Position numbers and translations under genes: made by a program
Shown: positions 11,742 to 27,000 of the stretch, in pieces
Position numbering within the stretch: position 1 is the first letter of the stretch
Layout: each line of letters starts with the position of its first letter
Assembly (NCBI GenBank): GCA_964658305.1
Contig: OZ210885.1
Coordinates: 10,230,001-10,294,000, forward strand
DNA: 64,000 nt
Direction of reading: 5' to 3'
DNA from: Leptogorgia sarmentosa
Lineage: Eukaryota
The notes under the pieces: model-generated
What the model was told of the DNA's origin: nothing
Seen by the model: the letters and a program-made list of their open reading frames with translations, nothing else
Databases searched by the model: none

Positions 11742-12043
11742 TCAATGCGAGGATAACTTATTAAGACGAAGGAAGCAGACCCGACCTCCTTCCTGGCCAA
11801 CACAAACCATTCCATTTAAGCCACATGCGATGGCCAAAACATACCGGTCGAAATGAAATTCTTCAACACACTCTCCATTTGGTAGGTTCCACAGTTTCAG
11901 CGTCTTGTCACGTCTCGAGCACGACAAAAGTAATTCTCCTCCAGGCGATAATGCCAACGCTCTGATAAGTTCAACCATTTGAATTGGAAATCTATAGAGA
12001 ACCTTTCCAGTAATGAAGTCCGCAATCGCCAAAGAACCATGAC
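11742..12043 (-). CDS. Exon 16: terminal WD40 exon with stop
   Basis: LALSPGGELLLSCSRRDKTLKLWN...VGQEGGRVCFLRL, then stop. Confidence 0.88.
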
Positions 12044-15000
12044 CTAAAAGTGTGATATAAAATTTTTATATCTGTTAAGGCAATGTTACGCTAGGCAAAT
12101 TTTGCGATCAATTTTGGATAGATAATCATGTTTTATATATACATAGTGGCTGTTACGAACGAAAGATTTTTATGGCATTGTATACCCATTATTGGCGTAC
12201 GTTACCCAAGGCAATTTTTGGCATAATGTGGGACGTATTTGAATTTGGTTTCACAGCTATTTTATCTAACCGCAATGTTAGTTTTGCATCACTTGCAACC
12301 TGATCATGGATTCATGGCCATGTTATCTAACGCTTTGGTTATACCGAGTAATTATTTTGCCATTATTTGTGACGCAATTCTAACTTCATTGTGATTTATG
12401 TTGCAGGTAAGTTACCCAAAGGAATTTATCGCAACTGGCAATTCAATTTCGAGTAATGAGCCGCCTCTTGAACAGTCGCTTTTACGCTTTCAATTAACAA
12501 TTAGATTACGAGCTCGAGATTTCTATGAGGTGATAGTTGATGAGGGCGAAGCCCGAATCAACTATCATCTCGTAGAAATCGAGAGCGAGTAATCTAATTG
12601 TTTTAGTAGAATCAGAGATCAAACATTAAATATTGCAAAAAAAAATTTAAAAACGCGTCTCAGAAGGCATTTTCTTGAACGAAAATTCACATATTTCGCT
12701 ACTCGCTATCTATCGAGGAATAGATATCGAGTAGAGTAGCCAATCAAATTGCAGCATTTGCAATAGAATACGAGTATGATTCTACTAATAGAAATTAGTA
12801 ATAGGTGCGGGCGTAAATTTAGGGATGCGCGGGTAGTTTTGACACCCCAACTTTCGCGCAAGTGTCAAAACTGCCCGCTCATCTCAGAAATTGCGCCCGC
12901 ACCAATTCCTAATTTCTATTAAAAGCATAAAGCGCGTGTGGGGGAGGTAGGGTCCAGAGGTCACGTTATTTAAGTTGCTGTCTCAGAAACAGTCAGCTGC
13001 AACAGTCCCCAATAACCAAATATATTTTCCGAACATGAAGTATTTGTGGATTGCTTCATGCAAACACAAGCTCTATTTTATAATCACGAATAAATTCATT
13101 AACACAATTAATGTTTAACTTCTAAGCTAAAGCTACGACCATATCCCAAGAGACTTCCTATTTCGTGTACTAAACATACGAACAGGTGCAGCACATCTAG
13201 TGGCTATCCTTCAGGCAATGTACAAGAACACAACAGCTTCGACACTTCGTATGAAAAATAATTTTGATGCATGATGGTTGGTTGTAGACAGGGAGGGCAA
13301 CAATCCCTATGTTTATTCAACTACTATTTCGACTACCTATTCAAAGTCGCTGCAGGAGAGATAGATCGCACATTCACAGATGGATGAGGGATCGATTTTG
13401 AATAAAGCCAGGCGCATAAGACACGATTTTTGTCGACCGATGAAAATGTTTTCGTGTGTACGTTACATGAGGCGATTTTAGGGGCAGTTACGTAAGGTAA
13501 TTTCGAATTTAAAGCCATGTTATATAGCTTACACATGAAACATTTTTATCGCATGGCACACACACTATTCTAAATGTTGCAGAAGGGAATTTTTCGCACA
13601 ACGTGTGACGTAGTTTGGATTCGTAGCCTTCACACGAGTCAATTTTCACCATCACTTGTCACGTAATTTTGGATTCATAGCCATGTCATATAACGCGTCA
13701 GTTACACATAAAACGCGTCAGTTACATTTCGAAAGAGGTTTTAGTGCAGCAGGTATGTTACACAGCGGAAATTAGCAATTCAATAATCGGGCCCAGAGCG
13801 CGCGTTATAGCCCGCATTCTACATTTATTTTCAGATTTTTTCTCATAGCATGTTTATAAGGAAATATAGACACAGTAACCTGCGATTTATGTGCACAAAT
13901 TTCTCAGCAAGTTTCGTGTAAATGACACAGCTTTAAATCAGACGTTTCTTTCCAAGGGGCGGTGTAAACTGTCTGTCGTACTATCCATGCAGGGGCAGAG
14001 TTTCTGAGGGACGGGGTGCAGGGAAATTGTTTACCCCTTCAAAAAAATTGCCATCTCCTGCAGGGGCGGATCCAGTGGTTGCAAAGGTTGCACGCGCAAC
14101 CGCCAAGTTTGGAGGGAAAATTACTTTTTGAAACATTCTTCACTTCAGAATAAATGCTGTTTAATTATTTGGGAATGTTAATTCCGGAATGTTATAATTT
14201 ACATAAATACCGCGCGGTATTGTGTATATTAATGCGTTCACAAAAGGTTTCACTGATTTTCAGTATTCATTATTCGGAAATAATACATACATTACAATAT
14301 CATTTACATAAATGTCGTTGAATCTGTTTGTCATTAAATTTCGCGTCCGTAGTCTGTAGGGTAGTTTATATAACTCACTGACTCATAGGTTGTTCTTATA
14401 AACACATGGGATTGTGATGTCTCAGTTGAGTCTCTGACTTAAATCCCAGTTAGAACTGTTTGTCGTCATGTTATTTAAATAATGATACTAGGTAAACTGT
14501 TGTTTCAAACACAGACTGCACTATTGCTTAAGTATGTTGCTTAAATATTTGGTTCATTGACTGCGTTTCGTTATTTTCTCTCTAAAATATGGCGGAATTA
14601 ACGATATAATTAACATGTTTCTACGCTTTTTTGCGGCAAATTAAATCAAACACACAAATATATTTTATTGATGTTCGATCGACACCCTCACTCCAAAATT
14701 TGTTTTAATCAACTGTTTTAATTTTTTTTGTAACTTTTGATGATTTCATCACAGAACTCGCGGATGGCTTATATTATATTCGCATATTTTATGCTTCGAA
14801 AGGTTTTTAATTGCAATAATCTTGCGTACAATAGCTTGACGTCGCGTGCTTTGTTGCATGAATCTTAGGCGGGAATTTTGCTGGCAGCGCTAGAGGCAGA
14901 GCAAATTTCGTTCCTAGTTAATATGATGTTTCTTTGATAACGACCGAAGGAATTAAGCGAAGGAATAGGTGAGCTAGAAAAATCGTTGTCATACCGCGAA

Positions 15001-18000
15001 TAAAATTTTGGACCTTCGTTTTGTATTGTATGCATGTTCAGGCAGTTTCTACCACTGTAACATGCACGGTTTTTGTTTTACAAGTCTTGATGAATTTGAG
15101 TAGAACTTCCAACAGGCCTATAAAGCTAATAGAGAGGCTAAGATACCCCGGTTCCGGTTTACGGGTACGGCTGCATTTCCCGTTCCAGTACCCGTAAACC
15201 GGAACCGGGGATCGTCACCTCTCAAATAACCACAGCTGGCCCAGGTAGCTCGCGCCCGCCTGAAAATTACTAAAAATAATAGGATGGAGACATTGCGACC
15301 AGACGAGGCACTCTCTCCTCCGCAGAGGCTTTTTATTACTTTTTATTATCTTTATTACTGTTTATTATTAGTGCATGTGCGCTAGATCGTAAGGGCATAG
15401 CATAGACGAAAAAGCGGAAAATGAAGAAAAAATTGGAAACGCGGAGGAAAAGCGAAAGGAAAAGTGGAAACGCGGAGCTAAAACGAGGGAAAAGGCCGAA
15501 AAGCTTCAGCTACATTTGGTTCGATTTCTGGGACAAAAGCTCGAAAAGTGGTACATCCTAATTTTTTTATTGCATTCCGAAGTTTTTTCTTCAGAGCGAA
15601 AAATTTGGCGATACTTATTCAACCAATGATGTGATTTAACCGTTTAGTTATCATTTGTTGTTGTTCCTGTCGCAAAAATATGCAAATATGGATGACGATT
15701 CGAATCACGACGTTGACGTATTGAATGAATCCCAACATAATTTACCTTTGGAAGGTAAACTATTATTTTTTGCTCTCTTTTGTCCTCACGTCTCGAATGT
15801 GTTAAATTTATATCATTTCAATACTTCTCGAGAAAAGCAACTGGGATTGTTGTTTTCGCACTTAGGCAGCATACGCAACCATCTCGAAGCGCAAACAAAT
15901 ACTGTCTTTCGGGATTTATACTGTGAAGAGAGACTCCAACTTCGGCTGTTGCTGTAGCCATATTTCGCTATTCGTAGATTAGCATCACTGTGTTAGCAGT
16001 TTACTTATATCCCCCAATTTTTTTTCTTGATGCGCCCCCCGGATGGACGCCATATTTGGAACCAAATGTAAGGCCTACTTTGGGGGCCAATGTCGCCTAA
16101 TGTCGCTGCGACAATAGGCGACATTTGGCGACATTGGGGATTTTCAAAGAAAATTCCTTGCGACATTAGGCAACATTAGGCGACATTGGGCGACGGTTGG
16201 CGACATTAGGTTAGGAAGATGGACAGTATTAGAAATATTTGTCAGCCCAGGGGCTGAATTGGGGGCCACACCACAGTGACCTGGGGTGCTTATGGACAAT
16301 AATTGACAAATTTGAATATTCCCATGATCTCCTAGCCTGGAGACCCACTACTATTCTAAAAAAATGCAAAAAATAGTAACTCTGAATAACATTGTTTATA
16401 TTGTACAGATGTTTGGACTTCAGCAATAATACAAGGAAGCAAAATGTTATTAGGAGTTAATATTCTTTTATGTGAGTTAATGAACATAAAAATCAAAAAA
16501 TGTCAGTTAATGAGCAGCTATTAATAAATAGCAAAGCAAGTAAATGCAAATCAGCAAGTATTTCAATACTGCAATTCATAATTGGTCAATTAATCAAGTT
16601 GTTTAATATAGTTATACTCAGCTTATTGAAAAGTATAAACAGATAATAATTAATGCATTATATATTGCACATATTGCCCATGGAAGTATTATTTCTTTAC
16701 CTTACTAAATAACTGTCAACTATTCATTGATATTGTCATATAACTCATACTGAACTATTTAATCAGCATTCAGCCATCAGGGTCACCCTTGTTTGCTGTA
16801 AACGGACGCTTTGTAAGACCTTCCGGGATATGCAGTTGCTTCTAGGAAGTTTACCAAATGATGTATCGTTGGATATGAAAAGCATATCAGTGATTTAATC
16901 GTATTTATTATCATTGAAAGAAACAAAGTCAATTTCATATTCTAAAAAGTCGTGTTTTCGCCATATTAGCCTGCGGACAGGCAAAATTGTTTCCATAAAT
17001 GAATAGTAACATTCAATTTCAACTTTTCGGCAAATAAGGTTATAGCCACTGGTCATAGCAGGGATTAAGAGGTCATTTCCATATTAAAAATCCTGAAACT
17101 TAATCTCTAATCCTGATCTAAAACCAACCCCAGTTCTAACCCTATTGTTTATTGTATTGGCAATCCTGACTAGTCCTAGTGATTATCTTTGGGGTGTAAA
17201 GATATATGAAAGTGATTCTAAAAACAATTACGAGACGAAAGAATTTATCGACAGAAATAGTTAATTATTAAGTTCGGTCCCAATCGCACCATTGCACGGA
17301 AATCAATATGGCGGCCAATATGGGCAATGTAAATTTCAGGATTAGCAATTTAAAATGTTCCTGTCTGGCCAATTCGTCACGTATGGTTATGTATGATGTA
17401 GGACCACTATAGTTTATAAATGTATTGACATCCGCAACAGAATCATGTTTGAATGCAGTATGCAGACAGGATGTAAGTGTATTTTGTAAAGCAGTATTTC
17501 ACACATGGAAGTGATAAATATCTTAAAATTATAAGTGAATATATTCTAATTTATTTGGTTTATGCAAATTTCATTTGCATGTTGAGTATAAAGTTTTCGG
17601 ACTGCTACAGTGAACTTGCATACATATTTATACCACCTTCATTTGCTAATATGAAAAAGCATTTCACTTTCAAGTCCAAAACTGTTCAAAATAGTAATAT
17701 GCAGGTATACTTTGTGGATAGTATATGAGAATGAATAGAGTTTTAATATTTTTTCCATTTCATCGATATATTGACGTTGACGGAATTAGGTTCTAAAGAA
17801 TGACCCCAGGCCCTGGTAAGGAGGGCTATTACAGCTATAAGTTCAGCTATGTTCTAGTGTTTCTGCTGCACGAAAAAGAAGATCTATACTATGCTTTGCA
17901 CTGACCCAGTTGTTTGAAGCAATAAAAGGCCATTTTTTTCAAAGTGCCAGGTAGTCTCAACAGAGAGAAATTGCTAACTTTTTAATATATAGCCTAATTA

Positions 18001-21000
18001 TTAAATGTTAGGCATTGCCTTATATATACCAAAAATCAAGAAAGCCTATAAAAATTAACCAATTACTCAAGGATAGGGTAGATATAAGAAGGTAATGCTG
18101 GTTGACACTACCTGACATTGGGCAATGATGTGCGCTAATAGGCGGCATTGGGTGACAATGGGCGACATTAGGCGACATTAGGCGACATTAGGCGACATTA
18201 GGCGACATTGGCCCCCAAAGTAGGCCTAAATGTAGCAGAGGCTTTTCCTCCGCGTTTCCACTTTTTTCTTCATTTTCCTTCGTTTTCCGCCATGCCCTTA
18301 CGATCTAGCGCACATGCACTAATAATAAACAGTAATAAAAAGCCTCTGCGGAGGAGAGAGGACGAGGCATATGTCACACAAACTATCCTCGATTTTTCGC
18401 ATTTAAACGTATCTCTTTCCAAATTAATCGATATTCCGAGCAAGAAGGATCCCGTGTAACTACCAAAATAATGATGCTTTTATCAAATAGCGTAAATTCG
18501 TTCTAAAATTATCGAAGGAATGACAAAATTCGGCAAATATATATCCGCGTATCCGCTTTGCTGTGCGATAAACCGGACGTCGTTGAGCTACTCATTGAGT
18601 TCAAACCTGATAGGGCCGCGAATATTTAACAGTTATTCTGCGAACTCGAGTCGTATACGCTATTTCAGATTCATTTCAGAATTGTATTAAAATAAATGCA
18701 CAATATACCTTCCTTTAGAACTTACTTAAGATTTCGTTGAAATCCAGCATAAAATAAGGACAATATACTCATTTAAATTGTTAGCTACACGTTCGTTATA
18801 TTTATAGTTCACAAATCGCAATGATTGCGGCCGAAACGCCGGAAGTAAAATGTGCATGTCTAAAACAACAAAGGCTGCGACGTCAAATTATCCATAAAGT
18901 TACACCGATGCACCCATTTATCAAGAAGCCGCCACTTTGTGACATCGTCGACGACAAAAGACACGGAGATGTTAAGACTCCGCTGGGTGGCTACGCCTAC
19001 GTGGGCGGAGTAAAAAGGATTTCATAAAGTGCAAGTTTGACTTTGCTTGCTGTCACATGTACGCCCTGCGTTGGTGGCATTTTAAGTCTGCCGTGCTGTA
19101 ATCTTAGAGGTCACTGGTATTAAATGGCCTCAAGTCTCGCCCGGTGACACTTTGCATCAGTGTAGCGATAAATAATTTAATAACACAACATCGTCACGAC
19201 CCTTTGTTACGCGTTTGGTGGAGTTATCGTGGGCGTTGCAGTTTACGACGACAATTCAATTTGTGCAGTAGCAGCGGCAACAAGTGCGCGCACAGAATGT
19301 TGAAGAGTTAAGGGCCGATAACATGGAGCATTTTCAACCCCGGGGTTTAAGTGAACCCTGTTGACAGGGGTTGAAAATGCCCGCACGTGAATGTTTTTTT
19401 TCTATAGTTTTCCAATGTTATTCACTGGAACCCTTCAGCTAATACTCGATGAATTACGCGATCACACCTTGTGCAATTGAGATTAGAAAATAAAATAATA
19501 ACAATGAAATTATTTACCTAATATAGCCACAAGGTTGTCAGAATTGTTAATCCTTAAAACTTTCTCCACTTCTTCTGTATACGAACAAGTGCTGCTTTCT
19601 TCCTCGGTGTTGTTCAAGTTCCACTTTGTGATTTCCTCTTCAGCTTCAGTAGTAAATTCCTGCTTATGAGCACAAAAAAGAGAGTTGTGGACCACGCGAA
19701 TTGTTTGGATTCTCCCCAACAAGAAGTATTCGTAACTATGCACGACTCCATTTTCATTTACCCGATCAATCTGTCAAAATTATCAAAAAACTGCTCAATA
19801 TAACGTCCTTCCATAAAATATTTTCGCTCCAATTCACAAAACGTTATTCAGTTATAAATAGTTGTTATTATAGTGTATTAGCCTTGAGCTTAGTTTTTCT
19901 GAAGGAAAACGGATACGAATAAGTTGAAAAGAAAACTTTTATAATTTTAGCAAAAGTGAAAATTACAATTAGCATGAATTTTAAGACAGCTATACTACAG
20001 ATTGACGGTAAGATACGGTTATGCTGTTCTAACTAAAATGTATGCCTCTTCTCATATTTCATTTGAACAGTGAGTACTACCAGCTTTCGCCCTCATTTAA
20101 ATTTTGAGATGCAGAATTTCGTCGAATTCTTATTCAGTGCTTTCTAATTGAGCGATTATTCATATAAAACGATCATCAGCGACAGTGATTTGAAAATCCG
20201 ACGTCACTAGTGTACCGCATGGTGGAACAATTTTACTGTCCTTCAACATCATAAAACAGTACTGATGATTTTTAGCAGCATGCAAATTGCGACTTGTAAT
20301 GGTAGTGCAAGGCACAAAAATAGAAAATCAAAATCATTCAGCATTTGAAGTGTATAATTCTTTCCAAGTACTTTAACAGTAATTTGTAATAAGAGGATTA
20401 ATTTTTATAATCACCAACGGAATTTTCTGTGGAGATAACAACCAGAAATGAAACACATGCATGACATGAAATCCATGCTCGACCGAGAAATACAAAATTT
20501 CAAACCTGTCCATCGAGAAATACAAATTTCAAACCTGTCCACCGAGAAATACAAATTTAAAACCTGTCGACCTGTCGACCGAGAAATACAAATTTAAAAC
20601 CTGTCGACCGAGAAATACAAATTTAAAACCTGTTGACAAAGAAATACATGAATATTTGAAACCTGTCGACCGAGAAATACAAATTTAAAACCTGTCGCCT
20701 GTCGACCGAGAAATACAAAATTTCAAACCTGTCGACTTGTCCACCAAGAAATACAAATTTAAAACCTGTCGACCTGTCGACCGAGAAATACAAATTTAAA
20801 ACCTGTCGACCGAGAAATACAAATTTAAAACCTGTCGACCGACAAATACAAATTTAAAACCTGTCGACTTGTATTTGAAACCTGTCGACCGACAAATACA
20901 AATTTAAAACCTGTCGACTGATTATTAAAGGTCAACTGCATGTCGAACGTCGAAGGAAAATAAATGATAGCGAGACCGCGTTGCACCACGACCGAGAAAT

Positions 21001-24000
21001 ACAAAATTTAAAACTTGTCGACCAAGAAATACATATTGTTGCTGGGTATTAAATTGTTGCTGGTTTAAAATTGAATTGAAGAGAGTTGTTGCAGGTACCA
21101 AAATACAACTTGAGTCAGCAACCGGGGACTGACAAATCTCACCTTAGAACTGTTCCAAAAATCAACCTAAAAATAAGAAAATAGTTAAATAGAACAATGG
21201 TATGTAAACTGTAATATTGTTATGTGGTATGTAAACAGTATTGGTGCCAGGACCTGTCGACCGAGAAATACAAATTTGAAACCTGTGGACCGATTCTTCA
21301 ACTGCATGTCGAACGTCGACGGAAAAGAAATGATAGCGAGACCGCGTTGCACGAAGGAAAAGAAATCATAACGAGACCGCGTTGCACCACGGAAAGAATT
21401 TAAAGTTGGGAAAAGTCCTGAAAATGCGGGTCGAACACCCTAAATTTACTGGTACCGTCATGCAATGCGCCAATAGAAAATTTTGATTTCGATCCACAAG
21501 ACAAAATTAGGATCTGCTGCCTTGCTCGCTCGCTTCAGGCTCGCTCGCTGCGGCAGCAACTAGGAGTTACTATCGCAAGGAAGGTGCTGCTGTTGTGCTC
21601 TAACTTTAAAATTCCGGGAGAGTTATAGAATACCCGTCCACTTTTGAAACAGTGACTTGTTATCATGATACGATGATACGAAGTCAAAATAATCACGCAA
21701 TGTAATGTATCCGAGTTTTTAAAAAGCCTGGGCAAGATGTATTTTTTCGCAATACGACGACACGAAGTGAAATGTGATATACCCGAGTATTCAGAAAGCA
21801 CGCGTGTGACAACCTTCGTGATACGATGATTTACGAAGTGAAAATTATTACCGTTTACCACGTTTATATCTCGTTTTTTAATCGCAAGCTCAACTAATAA
21901 TAAAAAATGCGATTCAGTGCGCACATTTTGTTTATGTCCCGTTCTTTAAAAAGCAACAGCACGCTAGTTACTTAGGGTGAAGGTTTACTGTTAGGGTTAG
22001 TGTTTATTATACTATTAGTAATAGTATGTTATACAAATAATGAATGTTTATGAGTGCAATGGAAAGAATATTCGCCGAGTTGAATGGAACATTCCATCTT
22101 TCACCGAATGAAAATATTCTTACCATTGCACGAAATGAACATTCATTATTTGTTTTACATGACACCAAAATATATCATTGACCGGAAATACCCGACATTT
22201 TGTTTTGTTAGTTTACTAAATAAAATTCCATCGCTACATGGTCGCGCCACGTTCATGGAATCGCCTTTAAATGCGTGCGAAAATAACATTTTGAGTGATT
22301 GAAAATAATTAAAACCACCGTGCAATGGAAAGAAATATTTGCACGGTTCCATCGCACGATCATGAAAATGGAATTTCTATTTTATATCATCGTAGGTGAT
22401 TAATTGTTAAGTAGAAAACAACCTTTGCGAATATAATCGAGAAAACCTCGCCAATTTACGACAGCTTTAGGACTCGGCAAAGTTATAATTTTACTGTTCT
22501 GAAAATGTATTTTATACAAAAAGCACATGATGGTGGGAAAAAGAAGTTGTGGTGCCTTCGCATCTCGAAATTTGTTCGGTGTATGCCCTGACATAGAAGC
22601 TTCTTTTCCGTAGAAAATGTTATTTATCACGACCATTATTAACTATATAGCTAGTGTATAATGAGAAATTTGTTTTAACCCGATCACTCTATTTCTAGCC
22701 CATGTTATTCGCAAATATATATTTTAATAAGAACTGCCTTCGCATAGTTTAATTTTAAAGGTTTCACCGTCTTATACAAAATAGTATGGAATTTCTTCAA
22801 ATTGCATTTTAAAATTCGGTTTCTTAATTATAGCTTAGGTTTATTGCGTCATCGCGGCTCGCACATTTCTGGTAATGAAACAAAAATCCAGCAAGAAAAA
22901 AACTATTCATTTGCTTGAGCTCTTCCAAATATGGTTTGAAAAATAGGGATTATTTCCAAATTTGCCTCCCAATTTTCAAAATGAAGATTGGGACGAAGTT
23001 AATTTGCAATAATTCTAGAAACGCTTCATAATGTGTATGTGCATGCATGTGCTGTTTTACATCATGAAATTTCAATTGCAGCTCAACCTACAACAAGTAT
23101 TATGTAAGCCCTAAAATAACGTTTGACAATCTTGTTCGTAAAGAGACATCACGAAATTTGAATTGCATCTCAACCTAATATAACAAGTAACACGCTGCAA
23201 AAATAACATTTGACAATCTCGTTTGGAAAATGATATACATACCTTGTCGTCAGAAGCAATTAAGATATCATCGGAGCAGGGTACGAATTCTAACGCGGTA
23301 ATGGAATCCGACCAAATGTTGTCATGTGACCATATTAACGTCGGCAAGCTTTCTTCAACTTTCCAAAGCTTCACAGACCCACCGATAGACCCCGATGCAA
23401 AGCGACGTGAACAATCATGACCTCCTAGCTCGCCTCTAACTTGAGAAATGGCATCCTCGTGTGCTGGGAATTTCAACTGCGAGTTATTGTTAAGATGAAA
23501 CCATAACAGTTCTCCGTCATCACAACCAAGCAATGCATATTTTGAACCAAGAGCAGTAATGCAGGTGACTTTAACATCAGGATGACCCAAATTAATGCTA
23601 GCCTCAAAATCATTAAAAGTTCTTAGTTCGATCCTGTTTCTCTCGTCAACAAAAACGAAACGGACATCATCACTTAATAAGCACACAAAACGTATGGCGA
23701 CTCCAGATTCGGTCTTTGCGAAGGTTTGAACTATTTTAGAACACTCTATGTCGACCAGTGACAATGTTCCTGAACTGCTTCCAGACAAAGCAAATTTCCC
23801 ATTTGATGTGATGTCAATTGCAGTAACTATCGAGTCGTCAGGGTGACCTGAAAGAAGTAAAACGTTTATTTAAAGTCACTTGAAGTTGCCAAGTATATCA
23901 GTTAATATTTTGTTATTGTGTTATTCACTGACAGCAAGTCTGTGAATAACACAAATTACCATAAATTTTTACACCGGGCTCCGCTTTTTGCGAGTAATAC

Positions 24001-27000
24001 TCAAAGAAATTAACTTATAATTTTGATGGGGGAAAAACATATTCTTCGGAAAGATAAGCTTGAAATTCAAATTTCACGATACATAGACAGCAACCAATCA
24101 TTGTTGAAATCTTTTAGTTTGAACCAGTGGGTTTTTAATTCGTTTCATCATCTTGGATGTTTTGGCGATCTATAGCCACTCTGCTTTTTCAAGTTACAAT
24201 TCAATACTATAATGAATACATCGTCACTTAATTAATAAGCAGACAAAACGTATGGCGACTCCAGATTCGGACTATGCGAATTGAACTATTTTAGAACACT
24301 CTATGTCGACCAGCGACAATGTTCCCGAACTGCTTCCAGACAGAGCAAATTTCCCATTTGATGTGATGTCAATTGCTGTAACTATCGAGTCGTCAGGATG
24401 ACCTGCATGAAGGAAGTAAAATTTTTATTTGAAGTATTCATGTATGCGACGCTTCAGCGATGTAGCCTGCCAATCATTGAAAAATATCCTTCAGACGACA
24501 AGTAATCTTTATAGGTGCAGCAATAGAAATTTTATTCAAATCCAGGTAGGAAAATGCATCGCTGATATCGAAAACGCAAAAATAATTCATTCACTGTTGT
24601 GAATAAAAGACTAGTATACTAGAATAAAGGCCGTTTTCCATTACAGTCGTTTTGCCCGCGCGGGCGGAGCGAACGATTTTAACTTCGTCAAAAATCAGTC
24701 GCGCGGTCACGCCAAGAAAGTTGACCGTAGTTCAACTTCTAAGCGTCTCCGCGCGTGCAAAATCAGAGAGAGAACGCTCAGATTAGACACCTACAGCAAA
24801 AGTTGAAACATGTTCGCTCTGCCCGTGCGGGCAAAACGACTGCAATGGAGGGCGGCCTTAAATCACACCCATTTCACCCAAACTCAATCACTTTCACCGG
24901 ATAAATAGTACGTATACATTGCACGAACTTTCATTTGAATGGCCATGCATAATATTTCTTTCCCAATCATTGCAGTTATACTAATTTTGACACACTTTTA
25001 CCAATTGTAGCGATGGATTTTTGTTTCTTTACTTATTTTCAAATTTTTGAGATCGCTAGATTTCTCTATTATGTATACGTTTACTCTAGACTAAAAACTT
25101 GCAGTGGGCTGAGAACAGTCTTAGCTAAGGTCATGGAAAGACAGTTTAGTAGAAAGGAACAGAACTTCCGTGTCAATTGACAGCTAATCAGTAATCCTCC
25201 AAAACGTCAGCTGAGGTTTAAATCTTGAGGTATGTCCGCACAGCGCGACTAGTTAGGCTCGTTTTAGACATCTAATTATCGTCAAATTCAAACAATGAGG
25301 GAAGTAATCTCATGAATGAAACGGGCTTCAACTTTATTTGGAAATCCGCAGATAAAAGCGGCCGAAAATGTGTTGACATCCTTCATGTCGTGAAGGCACA
25401 TGGATGGGAAACTTACTATAGCAAAATACCGTTTAGAAAAAGATGAGATGAAAAATAGCAATTTGAAAAGGGAAGTTGAAACGAAAGATCTACGAAAGAA
25501 CGTAGTAGATCTTTATGTATACACGCTAACCCCGTTGACGGTGGCTGATTTCTACACGGTCGTGCGCTCGAAAATAATTTTACACGGTCGAATAATGAGT
25601 TATTTAGAAAACATAAAAATTTAAGGAAATATAGGTATCCAAATAGTAACATATTTTGAAAGTTTTAACTACTATAGTTTCAGCAGTTTTACAGCACTAC
25701 AGTGAGCAGCGATTATATTTCGAAAACAAATACGGGACTTGCTTTCTCTGATTTCTTTTGGACTAGAATATCAAAGGTGTACCCGTTGAGTATAAAACTA
25801 TTTTTCATGTTATTTGTGTGAGCGAAGAGAACTTGAAATGCTCAAAATTGATAATTTGTTATGAAACTTTGATACGAAAATGGATTGATGAGCGATTATG
25901 GAACAATCGTATGATCTAGTCATTGCTTATATATTCAGATTAATTCTAGCTGCTCTAATTTGCAGTTTTTGAAGTCGTTTTGATTGCGTTTCACTAAATA
26001 CCTTCCTTACTTCACTGTAATAGCCAGTAGTGAATGTACGGACAAACAATAACGTTATATATCAAAATATTTACATTTTGTTCAAGGAACGCTTCGAGAC
26101 GACGAATAGCAGAGATTTAAGCTGTTACCTTTTTTGGAAATAATTTCAGTATTATTTTTTCAACACATTTGCAGGGCAATTGTTACCCGGAGTGTTTTGC
26201 ATTCATTTTACATTCCGTCAAACCCATAACTGACGGGCGAATAGACCATTGATTTGCAACTGGATCCTGCATTCGAATAAGTAGGATAACCCAGAAAACA
26301 CAATATAAGCGGCAACGATAAGTAACGTAGCCAGCATAGTTAGTGATTATGCTCTAAATACGACATCTTTCATGTAAATTTCGTGGGCTTCAAGCATATA
26401 GAAGACAGGAAACAAAACTTGAATTGTCAGTGTTCGATCGATTCGACTATTATTGCGCATTGGATTGGATTGACTAATTTTTGAAATCTCCTAGTTTTGG
26501 AACGACCTAAATAACGGATACAGGTTTGTAGATACTCGTGACGAAACCGTTTTAATTGTATTCTCCATAATCCTTTAAACGAGCATAATTTTACATGTAT
26601 TCATAATCAGAACAGAAAATAGCCTGCAAAGCTAGCCAAGACTATTTCAGAGCTAACACGTAAATCGAATTCAATATTTGACTCATTTGCAAGTGAATGC
26701 AGTGGTTTTTCGGGACTAATATATTCTCATTTAAAACGGATATTTCACACATATAAATTATTGTGTGTATGAATATAGTAAAAAAATCCTGTAGCCGCAT
26801 CAAAGACTTAACAGTATTTAGAAGTTTCAAATATTCCTTGATTTACCCACCTGCATTATGGTCGATCGAACTGTTAGTTGAAAGTTTCCACTGGAGAAAC
26901 ACATTTTTCTGAAGCGAGTCAAACAAAAGATCTTTGCCGTCGGGTGATATTACAGGTGCGACCCTCCGACGTACAGTCGATACTTGCAAAGAGTCGAGAT

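Noticed and set aside
20480..20920. CRISPR-like array
   Set aside because: Units are contiguous with no unique spacers, and the context is eukaryotic.
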